64,000 bases of DNA from IMG/VR virus record IMGVR_UViG_3300045988_078288. One strand, written 5' to 3'. Shown here one piece after another: positions 23,729-32,800 of the stretch (position 1 is its first letter; each line of letters starts with the position of its first letter). Below the pieces are notes generated by a model. That model was not told the origin of the DNA. It did not search any database and saw only the letters and a list, made by a program, of their open reading frames with translations. The position numbers were made by a program, and so were the translations under genes. This DNA comes from a virus.

Positions 23729-24667
23729 TTGACAGTTATGAACAATCAAGAATTTCTTAAAAGTATCACCTTGGATGGTGAGGAGTGGCGAGATATAATC
23801 GGCTTTGAAGGGCTTTACAAGGTGTCTTCTTATGGTAGAGTTGCGTCTTTGGAACGACACGTAAACAATCGCTATCAGGATGTTTATAAGCAACCACATT
23901 TACTCAGAGCGAGTAAAACAAAAAGAGAAAAAACACCAAGTGTTACACTCTCTATAGACGGCAAAGATAGTAAAAGACATATTCCTTATCTTGTAGCCCA
24001 ACATTTTCTTTGTCAACCAGATAATAATTACGTACTTGAAGCCAAAGATGGTGATTTCTACAACTGCAAGGTTGATAATCTTTATTGGAGAAGAAAGAAA
24101 CGAGCGCGCAAACTGTACGACACTGCTTCACTTGAAGGTGAAGTATGGAAGGCGATACAAGGATATGAAGGCTTATATGAAATATCTTCTTTAGGAAGAA
24201 TAAAGTCTTCATATAGCAGAAAGATTTTAAACCCCTCTTCTGTTCATGGCTACAAATACGTTTCTTTAGCAAAAAACTCGACGATTCGTAAGCACTACAT
24301 TCACCGACTTGTAGCAAAAGCATTTGTTCCTAATCCTAACAACTATCCCTGTATAGACCACATTAACACAATCAGGACAGATAACACTGCGAGAAATTTA
24401 AGATGGTGTACCTATTTGCAAAATATGTTAAATCCAATAACAAACAGCAAAAGAACTATCAGTGTTTGCAAGTTAAGAAACGGAGTATTAATGCATATCT
24501 ACGAGTCTATGGCAGAAGCGCATAAAGATGGTTTTTCCTCAGCCAGCATATTTAAATGTTGCAGAGGTTTGCAGAGTAGCCATAGAGGTTACGAATGGAT
24601 GTACACCTCCGATTATAAATCTCTTATCAATAAGCCAAAGAACTCTCAATCTACCGATATAGATTAG
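23729..24667 (+). CDS. HNH homing endonuclease with duplicated NUMOD4 modules
   Basis: 312 aa. Two NUMOD4-like segments (EEWRDIIGFEGLYKVSSYGRV and EVWKAIQGYEGLYEISSLGRI). HNH_3 segment IDHINTIRTDNTARNLRWCTYLQN. AT-rich and on the opposite strand to all its neighbours. Confidence 0.8.
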   Translation: MTVMNNQEFLKSITLDGEEWRDIIGFEGLYKVSSYGRVASLERHVNNRYQDVYKQPHLLRASKTKREKTPSVTLSIDGKDSKRHIPYLVAQHFLCQPDNNYVLEAKDGDFYNCKVDNLYWRRKKRARKLYDTASLEGEVWKAIQGYEGLYEISSLGRIKSSYSRKILNPSSVHGYKYVSLAKNSTIRKHYIHRLVAKAFVPNPNNYPCIDHINTIRTDNTARNLRWCTYLQNMLNPITNSKRTISVCKLRNGVLMHIYESMAEAHKDGFSSASIFKCCRGLQSSHRGYEWMYTSDYKSLINKPKNSQSTDID

Positions 24668-25572
24668 CCCCAGAACCCTCCGTTATTAAGGGCATTAAAG
24701 CCGTACAGACCCATCTGTGCTGCTACACAATTTGGAACGGCGGTTGCTTGTGCGTAATTTAACGTTACCGTCTCGGGCATCTTGCATTTGATACCCGCAA
24801 CCTCCTGCTGCAAGCCTGCCAACACCGCATTGATAGGAGCGACCGCCTGACCTACAATCTGACTTGTCATAGCCGACGACTTGAACGTTGAGTTCTCCTC
24901 ACGCAGATGGTCTAACTTGTCCTGCATCTCTCGAAGCTCTGCGGCACGCTGTCCGTCAAGAATCTGCTGTGTGCTGTTCTGGATAGTGTTGGCAATACTT
25001 GAGAAACCGCGCTCCTGACTTGTTGCAACGCCATTGATAGAATTCTGCAAGGTGTTGGTCTGCTGGCATGTGGCAAGTCTGTTCTCGCAGCAACAAGAAG
25101 CGAGCTGCTGTGCAATCTGCATGTTGCCTTGCTGGAGAGCGTTGATAACTTGCATACCGCTCATGCCGATCTGATTGCCCACACCCTGAACCTGCGAGGT
25201 AAGAGCCGAGATAGCCGCCTGTATCTGACCTTCGGTGCAGTTAAGCTGTGTAGCAAGGTTGCTTAGAGCGTTTCTGTTTCCACCGATGGCATCCATGAGG
25301 AGCGAGCGACCGTAGTCGTTGTTGATTTCATTAGCAATACCGCCTGCGCGACCATTGCCGAAACCACCCCAACCATTACCGCCCCAACCCATGAGGAAGA
25401 ATAGGAAAATTACCCACATGAAGCCGTCGCCCCAACCATTGCCGTTCTTGTTCATGGCAAGGAGAAGATTAGGGTCAAGACCTCTCTGTTGAAGCAGAGG
25501 AGCGAGCAAACTCATCATGCCACCCTGTCCGCTACCTTCATTGCCGAATACATAAGTTTTTGACTCAGACAT
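24664..25572 (-). CDS. Gly/Trp-rich, Gln/Asn-rich protein with hydrophobic segment; function unknown
   Basis: 302 aa. Contains GNGWGDGFMWVIFLFFLMGWGGNGWGGFGNG, then a long Q/N/S-rich helical region with CCC, and ends GGFWG. Confidence 0.7.
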   Translation of the reverse strand: MSESKTYVFGNEGSGQGGMMSLLAPLLQQRGLDPNLLLAMNKNGNGWGDGFMWVIFLFFLMGWGGNGWGGFGNGRAGGIANEINNDYGRSLLMDAIGGNRNALSNLATQLNCTEGQIQAAISALTSQVQGVGNQIGMSGMQVINALQQGNMQIAQQLASCCCENRLATCQQTNTLQNSINGVATSQERGFSSIANTIQNSTQQILDGQRAAELREMQDKLDHLREENSTFKSSAMTSQIVGQAVAPINAVLAGLQQEVAGIKCKMPETVTLNYAQATAVPNCVAAQMGLYGFNALNNGGFWG

Positions 25573-25742
25573 AATACAATCTTTTTTTTAAATTTTACCT
25601 TAGTTGACTAAACACTATTGTAACGTTACACCGCAAAGTTAGCGAGTTACGACGGATAATGTTATAACACGCTCAAAGATTTTATATTACGCTGATAATC
25701 AGATATATAAGGTGATAGTCGGTACTATCACGTTGTAAAATA

Positions 25743-25773
25743 TTCTTTCCAATGTTTGAAGAATTGGAAAGAA
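25743..25773 (-). terminator. intrinsic terminator after 25801..26145
   Basis: An 11-bp stem, TTCTTTCCAAT/ATTGGAAAGAA, followed on the minus strand by TATTTT. A weaker hairpin with a T8 run lies just upstream of it. Confidence 0.55.
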
Positions 25774-25800
25774 ATGGAAACAAAAAAAAGAGAAGCCTCT

Positions 25801-26145
25801 TTACTTGCCTCTCTTATGTTTTAAAAAGTGAAGAATGTCCCACTTCTTCCAGTATCGTGTGTGTCCGCGCTTCTTGCACTCACCGTTTGGTATCTCGCCA
25901 CGCTTTACCATTCTATTGAGTGTTGCATCGCTAACGCAAAGTCTGTCCTTCACTTCCTCTGCGCTCATCATCGGGTTGAGCATATTAGGAAGTATGTCCT
26001 GGCAGAGTGTTTCTATATCGTCGTCGCTCATACCGCAAGCCGTCACTTTTTCGCCGTTGCGCTGCTGCTCGTCCGCCTGAAAGCACGAATTGGCAAGCGA
26101 TTGCAACAACGTGCCGAGCATCTTGTATCCGAAAATCTTTCTCAT
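25801..26145 (-). CDS. HTH (excisionase/MerR-like) DNA-binding protein
   Basis: 114 aa. SAEEVKDRLCVSDATLNRMVKRGEIP. Confidence 0.6.
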   Translation of the reverse strand: MRKIFGYKMLGTLLQSLANSCFQADEQQRNGEKVTACGMSDDDIETLCQDILPNMLNPMMSAEEVKDRLCVSDATLNRMVKRGEIPNGECKKRGHTRYWKKWDILHFLKHKRGK

Positions 26146-26156
26146 AACATTTCTTT

Positions 26157-26663
26157 TTAACTGAACATTCTTTTGCCGAGCTTTGATTTACAGCAAAACC
26201 AGTCGACAGCTCCGTAAATATACAACAACAGCGTAAACGCCATGATTGCAAAGTGTGCCATTACCATCTCGTTGGTCGTGTACCAGTTCCAATATACAAG
26301 ATGTATGGAGTTGACACCGAAGTAGTAGAAGAACGGTATGCGATACTTCCAACACAGCCAGAAGAAGCGTGACGCAAGAATTATAACCATTGGCAGTATA
26401 TAGACCATGATATAGATGAACGCATAGCACGCATAGTTCGCCTTGTGTACCTCAAACATCTCCTTTGGATTACGGCTAAAGTCAAACACGCCGTACATGT
26501 GCGCCGTCATTATGAGTATTGGAACCCACTTGCAGAACCAGCGGAAAAACCGCAATATTCTGCGTGAATACTGATTGCCGGACTCTGCCAGCAAAGACAT
26601 AATTTCCGATATGTCCTTACCCTTCACAAGAGCAAGAAACATCCTTTTATCATCCTCGTTCAT
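26157..26663 (-). CDS. polytopic membrane protein, paralog of 21152..21559
   Basis: 168 aa. Shares the motif described for 21152..21559. Confidence 0.65.
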   Translation of the reverse strand: MNEDDKRMFLALVKGKDISEIMSLLAESGNQYSRRILRFFRWFCKWVPILIMTAHMYGVFDFSRNPKEMFEVHKANYACYAFIYIMVYILPMVIILASRFFWLCWKYRIPFFYYFGVNSIHLVYWNWYTTNEMVMAHFAIMAFTLLLYIYGAVDWFCCKSKLGKRMFS

Positions 26664-26819
26664 ATTGATTTTATTTAATTTAATATAACGTTGATTAGTT
26701 TTATTTGATGCAAGTTAGTCATTTATTTTCAAAGTTGTATGTTTTGTTGTCTTTATTTATATTTATTTAAACACAGTAAAAAACGCAAGTCTTTAGCTCA
26801 TGGGTAGTTCACTTAAACT

Positions 26820-26848
26820 CCTTGCCTATCCATCACGGACGGGCAAGG
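26820..26848 (-). terminator. possible terminator of the late/lysis operon
   Basis: CCTTGCC/GGCAAGG stem with a 15-nt loop, then TTTAAG on the minus strand. The U-tract is weak. Confidence 0.3.
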
Positions 26849-26904
26849 CTCCTAAAAACAATTTACCTTAAACTAAAAAAACTAATAACTAACCAATCAA
26901 CATA

Positions 26905-27588
26905 TTATCTTCTTCTGTGTATCAGCCAAAGCAGCAGCGAGATTAAACATAGTACCACCGCTCCGACCGCTATCTTTCCTGCGAACATCTGCGTCCGCTC
27001 CCACCATGTAGCCTTACGCTCAACTGGCACCGGCACTGGTATCGAGTCTGCTCGCAGGATAGACTTGTATATCGTGTCCGTCTTCACGCTCACTCTGTCA
27101 CGCCATTTGAATACGTTCTTTGTCTTGTATATTGTATCACCTACCATGTAGCTCTCGACATATATAGAGTCATGTACGCGGAACGTATCGGCTTTGTAGT
27201 TGGTCTTATACAACGTGTCCGTCTTGTTAATCACTCGCTCCCACACAACAGGCTTCGGAGTTGTGCAGCTCGTTACCACAAGCAGGAGCAGATGCAGCAT
27301 AGAGCCGACGATGATAGTGAAGCCGTAGCGACAAATATCGTCCCACTCAATACCCGGTAGCTTATAACGCTTCCATTGATAAACCTCACGCAGCACCATT
27401 ACGGGCAGCGCGAGAACGCCCACGAACACCGAAGCCAAAAACCAACCGATTGTGCCCTGTCTGTTGCGCACGTTCTCGTCACAGTCCTCATCGAGCGCAT
27501 CGAGCTTGTCTGCCTTGTAGAAAATAAAGAGCGTTGTTGCTCCCAATATGATGCAGTTCAGCAACATCAGTATTCCTCTTATATCCAT
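26905..27588 (-). CDS. 4-TM membrane protein of the lysis cassette (holin/spanin candidate) with DT(I/L)YK repeats
   Basis: 227 aa. TM segments at the N-terminus and at the extreme C-terminus. KTDTLYKT, GDTIYKT and KTDTIYKS repeats lie in the central soluble part. Confidence 0.6.
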   Translation of the reverse strand: MDIRGILMLLNCIILGATTLFIFYKADKLDALDEDCDENVRNRQGTIGWFLASVFVGVLALPVMVLREVYQWKRYKLPGIEWDDICRYGFTIIVGSMLHLLLLVVTSCTTPKPVVWERVINKTDTLYKTNYKADTFRVHDSIYVESYMVGDTIYKTKNVFKWRDRVSVKTDTIYKSILRADSIPVPVPVERKATWWERTQMFAGKIAVGAVVLCLISLLLWLIHRRR

Positions 27589-27612
27589 ACACTTTTACTT
27601 TTGACATTATTA

Positions 27613-27996
27613 TTAATCCGTTTCTTCTCTCCCATAGTCACGTGGTGGTTTTCGCTTCATGCACCCATTTATCGTACACTCGTTCCATTGGAGCTCGCGC
27701 ATTCTCATAAGAAGCGTGTTCTTATCGTCTTTGAGCTGACGGATGGTCGCACGCTGCTTACCAATGTCGTCGTAGAGCGAGTCTATTTTGTTATTGAGTC
27801 TTGTGCGCTCCTCCATGTGCTCCTCATGCTCATGGTCGTAAAGGTTGTGCCATTCTTGAGCATAAGCCATTGCGTTCGCGTCTTCGTCTTTCTGCGCAGA
27901 CGCAGCTTCCTTTCGTTTTCGAGAGTTGTAGTAGAGGAGTTGTCCGACGATGCCGCTGCTTACAAGCAACGTTATAATCTGCAATACTGTATCCAT
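27613..27996 (-). CDS. N-terminal TM + coiled-coil protein (i-spanin- or holin-like)
   Basis: 127 aa. TM segment MDTVLQIITLLVSSGIVGQLLYY, then a charged coiled coil. Sits between the endolysin and the 4-TM protein. Confidence 0.55.
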   Translation of the reverse strand: MDTVLQIITLLVSSGIVGQLLYYNSRKRKEAASAQKDEDANAMAYAQEWHNLYDHEHEEHMEERTRLNNKIDSLYDDIGKQRATIRQLKDDKNTLLMRMRELQWNECTINGCMKRKPPRDYGREETD

Positions 27997-28006
27997 TTCG
28001 CCTCCT

Positions 28007-28468
28007 TTATTCTATTGTGATATAAATCTGTTCTCCTCTCTCGTCCGCAGCCTTCAGCTTCGCGTACACCTTACGGAACGTCGCCGTTGAGTTAAGTACC
28101 TGTCCGACCGCCTTATTCTCACCGACAAGGATGCAGCCCTCCGTGTCCTTCGCAGTGTTGCCGCAGTGAATAAGTACGCCTTGGTAGCCGGGCGTATTGC
28201 ACAACCTTGGCAGTCGACCCTTGCAGAACTGGTACTGCGCCCGACCTCCGAACCTTGGCGATACCGTCTTCATATCGACGAGGTATCTGCCTGTAGGTAT
28301 GGCGGTTTCGCCTTTAATCTTCACTCCGCATATCTGCGCAACCGACATATTAGATGTCAGCCCTCTGTCCTTATCCTCGAGCGTGTCGCAGACATACTCG
28401 CCGTCGACGTACATCTTGCCTATTGTGTACGCCTCCTTTCTTGCTATTCGCTTTACTTTTATTTCCAT
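28007..28468 (-). CDS. putative endolysin (DUF5675 / L,D-peptidase-fold-like)
   Basis: 153 aa. TIGKMYVDGEYVCDTLED...TAIPTGRY...PGYQGVLIHCGNTAKDTEGCILVG resembles DUF5675, with a YkuD-like H..GN...GC motif. Located directly after the tail genes. Confidence 0.55.
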   Translation of the reverse strand: MEIKVKRIARKEAYTIGKMYVDGEYVCDTLEDKDRGLTSNMSVAQICGVKIKGETAIPTGRYLVDMKTVSPRFGGRAQYQFCKGRLPRLCNTPGYQGVLIHCGNTAKDTEGCILVGENKAVGQVLNSTATFRKVYAKLKAADERGEQIYITIE

Positions 28469-28632
28469 GCTATTTGAATTTTTTGTTAATTAAAGTTATA
28501 AAATCACTTTTTATCTCTGTTTCTTACCAACTACCCTTACAAGTATTATAAAAATGTAGTAATTTTGTGAGTGAAGAGGAGTCCCCGAACCGATGCGATT
28601 GCTCGACTAAATGTCGATGTTACGCGTGCGTT

Positions 28633-29856
28633 TTAGGAGAGCCTCTTTATTTGTTTTCTCTTTATGTTTACGGCATATGTTTGCATATAACAACTTTTCT
28701 TTTCATTTTGGTGTTTAGCCACAATATTACAGATGCCAAACTTGATAAATTTACGTCTCATTTTTTTTACTTTTAAACGCACACCTTGTTTTAACCGTTT
28801 GGTTCTGCACCACGTGTATTTGTAAAGGTATATCCCTTGCTTGGCGGAGAATTCATCTAACGAACCCGCGTTAAAATTGAGACTTTGTGGCAGACGTTTA
28901 TTTACTACCATGCCTTTCTCGAATTTTCTGTAAGGGCTTACGGTATCAAAAGAACTTGGAATGCCTTTGGAATCCAATGTAACCACATAAACACCATCCT
29001 TACTAAGTGTTACGTTTTTTACAAACCAGGCGCCACTGTTCGGAACGTTAATATATAGAGACACTCTAAAACAAGTATAAACATCAGATACTTTAGTGAT
29101 TTCTATCTCATCATTTCTACCAGGTGAAACAGAATAGTAATGTGTTCTCACAGGTTCTACCCAACCCAATAAGGGAATAGGTCCATTAATAATAAATTTC
29201 ACCTTAATACTATCTCCTTTCTTTGCCAGAAGACTTGATGTTTTATTGCCAACCAATAAGGAAATCATTTTATCATTGTTGGGCACAATATACCTTACCC
29301 TGTCAGATGATGATAAGGTCAGCAATGAGCATTTTATCGCCCTACCAACTACATATTCTATCTTTGGTTTGCTCTTTTTGACACTCGAGGTTGTTCGCGA
29401 AGACACGGGTGGAAGGACAACAAGCGCAGTATCCACGGCAAAACCCTCAATCTTCACATCCATGCAGCCTTTGTTGGCATTATCTCCGTTGCCGTCCTCA
29501 ATGTTGGTGTCGCACTCGACAGTACCATCCTCAAACACTGTATCGCTGCTTGCGTTGTTGTCCACGATGGCGAACTGCTCGTATTCATAGCTTCGCCAGT
29601 TGGCACCCTCCAGTACGCCCGTCACCTCCAAGGCGTATGTGCCTAACGACAGTGTCGTGCCGTCAACGTCAGCCAAGAGCACATCATTAGACTCCTTGTC
29701 GATGGTGTAGGGGAGTGCGGTACGCTTGTACTGGCTAACGACGTGCACCGCGATGTCGGTGCAATCAGTCAACGGGAACGATACCTGTTCACCATTGACT
29801 ATTTTCTTTACTGGTATGCGCAACGTGAAATCGTTGCCTCTAACTATTTTCTTCAT
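28633..29856 (-). CDS. tail fibre / receptor-binding protein candidate
   Basis: Start set at the ATG at 29856 (MKKIVRGNDFTLRIP...), after the upstream stop at 29889. It is the last gene of the tail module. The 3' two-thirds look visibly more AT-rich. Confidence 0.6.
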   Translation of the reverse strand: MKKIVRGNDFTLRIPVKKIVNGEQVSFPLTDCTDIAVHVVSQYKRTALPYTIDKESNDVLLADVDGTTLSLGTYALEVTGVLEGANWRSYEYEQFAIVDNNASSDTVFEDGTVECDTNIEDGNGDNANKGCMDVKIEGFAVDTALVVLPPVSSRTTSSVKKSKPKIEYVVGRAIKCSLLTLSSSDRVRYIVPNNDKMISLLVGNKTSSLLAKKGDSIKVKFIINGPIPLLGWVEPVRTHYYSVSPGRNDEIEITKVSDVYTCFRVSLYINVPNSGAWFVKNVTLSKDGVYVVTLDSKGIPSSFDTVSPYRKFEKGMVVNKRLPQSLNFNAGSLDEFSAKQGIYLYKYTWCRTKRLKQGVRLKVKKMRRKFIKFGICNIVAKHQNEKKSCYMQTYAVNIKRKQIKRLS

Positions 29857-29888
29857 ATTATTTTGTGTTCTATTGTTGTACTTTATAT

Positions 29889-32800
29889 TTAACCATAAAT
29901 ATTTCCATTCCACCCTACGGCGGTTAAGCGGTTGGGGTTAGCTCCACTCAAAGAATTGCCAAAAGTAGTCGTAACCTCGCAAGTCGTGATAAGTCTTTCA
30001 TTTGAGGAAATTTCATTGACTTTTAGAGTTCCAGTTGAGGTCGTTGTTCCTCTTTTGTTTATTATACCTCCTCCATGTACAACGAATGCAACGTTTGCGC
30101 GATTCTTGATTATTAGTGTTTGTCCAACATATTGTAACGCTTCGTCGGTTGACACGCCATGAAGACTATTCAAACTATCTTTAGGATTGTTGAATGGCAA
30201 TACAAGATCAACCTGCGAGGATTTAAAGTAATTATTGAAATCACCTTGAAACTCCACGAACGAGCCCGCATTAGTAAAGTCGAATAATACAACGCTTAAG
30301 GAAGCTGCGGGTATTCGGTATTGGTCTATGTTCTCTGGTGTAATAATTGTCTTTTTCTTTTTGACAAAACCGCCAAACAGACCTGCGCCAACCTCTAACA
30401 AACCTTTCTCATTAACGCTTGCCGTTGTCTCGCCGCTATTATTACGTATCTCGAACTTGTCCGCAGTTGCCGTTATCTTGCCATTCTCGATGTCTAAGCC
30501 AGTGCGCAGTAGCTTTGCGGCAATGCCACTGTCCTCGACAAAACCACTCTTGCCCTCTATCCAGTCGGTAGGAGTTGCTCCGACCTCCAGCTTCGGCATT
30601 GTCACCCACGCCTTACTGCCTTGCAAACTACGGATTAAGACATAATTAGGTATGCCAGTGCCCTCAGAACGCCAGTGTACCCAATAACGCTTCCACTCGC
30701 TTGTAAGAGAGAAGCGACGACCTCCGTCGGCGTTACTTGTCGTTGTATCGCGCTCGCTGTCCTCGGCGAATATGCTTAGATTAGAACCACTCCACATGTA
30801 TGCGTCGATGCTGCCGGAACCTTTTGCCATAAAGGAGAGTATGTAGTCCTCATCTTTTTTGATGATGGTATTCACGCTCCATTGCGCCATCTCAATGTAT
30901 TTGGAGGCTGCGTTGGCATATATTACCGAGCATCCGTTGTTGTACGACTCGTTAGTGACCACTGACGCATCCATTCGCATCAGATTGCCGGATTTGGCGA
31001 ACGTGCGCGTGTTGTCGAGAAGATTGCCCCCGATGTAGTCGTAATCGTCAGGCGATGCGCTCCAACACACAAAGTCCTCCGCAGTACCCTCTATGAGGAT
31101 AGGGTGGGCGATGTACACCTGCTGACTCGCAGTAGATGCGTTAGCTTTTAGACACGCCACGGAAATCCACTCATAAGGGGCGTTCGCTGCAACGGTAAAG
31201 GTTTTTTGGTAGAGATACCATCCGTTGCTTGGCGTTATCGTTACGCCGCCTAAATTCGCACTACCGTTAGGACCGGTATATCCACTTGGTCGCGACGTGT
31301 CGGTTGCCGAGCTATGCCATATCGTCTCGCCCACAATTTCTACTCTGGCAGACTTCGTGCGTGCCCAGAAAGCCAGCGTGTACGTCTTGCCCTTGGTGAC
31401 GTGTATGTTGTGAGAGTTCGCCGCTCCACCCCATTGCACACCGCCTGCTTTAGCTTCTGGTGCGAATATCACATTAGCACCCTCATGCGCCGACGTGCGA
31501 TATATCTTAGAGCGCAGAAGAAAGAAACCCTCGCCTTGCTTGCGGAACAACGAGCCGACGAGCAGGTTACGTCGCTCGGCAAGAGTGTAGCCCACCTTCA
31601 TCGCTATCTGTGTAGCGGTCTGTGTTATAGAAGAGCTAACAGTTGCTATTTGGTCGTTTACATCCTTCTTGGTAGAGTAGTCTCTCCTAACCTCTGTTCT
31701 TATATCATTTGCGGTCTGTGTTATCTGCGACTGCGTGCTTTTTATCTCGTCGTCAAGCTCTTCTTTGTTTCTGTTGACCGTCAACTTGAGCCCATCTACG
31801 GACATTACAAGCTCCGCAAACGACTGTGTGCTCTTTATCTCGCCATTAGCCTTGCGCGTAATGAACCTAAACTTATCGGCTATGGCGAACATCTCCTGAC
31901 GTGACAGGACAAAGACCTCTCTATTCTCTAACGAGTAGCTATCTACGCCTTCGTACATCTTTAACGATGGCGCATCCGCTCCGTATGCCGACAAAACAAC
32001 GACCGACTGGCGAGCCGTGTCCGTCGTATTGCCCATCTGTACAAGCTCGTCACCTGCCTGCGGAATATCGCTACCAGTATCGCAGAAATCAGCAAGCACA
32101 TCAATGAAATCTTTGCCTACCTTGTACACCTTACGCCAGTAGTATCTGTTCTTCACGTTCTCATTCACGCCCTCCTTGACGTTGAACGTCTGACAGCGCA
32201 CAAGGTCGCCCATCACAAATTGGTTCTCAATCTCCTCGTCGCCTTTCTTCTGTGAAAAGTAACAGCGGTAAACATCGTAACGTAGGGGAGAGCCGTCGTA
32301 TTCGGGAAGAACCGTGAACTTCTCGAAATAGACCACATTGCTAATCTTCATGGCAGCAGGCGACAGAACAATCTCACCACCTACGCTTTGAAGCTCTCGG
32401 ATTACGAGCCTTACGAACTCCGCAGCCTTGCGCACAAGCAGGCGGTCTACCTCCAAGTAACTGTCACCACTTCCGTTGTAATCACCAAGTTTAAAACCAG
32501 AGCCGAGCGCACCCGAACGGAACGCAGCTGACACAACCTCTTTGAGTGTGGCGATTCCGTCAGAGGAGATGCCGAGAGGGTTATTGTCGCTCTGTTCGCC
32601 GAATGCGATACCTTCCCAAAAGCGGATAAGTTTTTCTGCTACATCTGTCTTGACCTTCGACAGAAAATACTTTGAACCTTCGCTTTGGATGTATTCCTTA
32701 ACTTGTGCGGGCGTAAAATCTCCTGTGCTATTACTTATGGCCGTTATCTTGTCTTGTATTTTTTGTAGTGTACTAACCTCTTTGTTATCGCGCAATGATA

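Noticed and set aside
26822-28020. Plus-strand ORFs 26822..27151, 27172..27360 and 27376..28020.
   Set aside because: They are antisense to the lysis-cassette genes and have no motifs. The minus-strand genes have clear TM and coiled-coil architecture.
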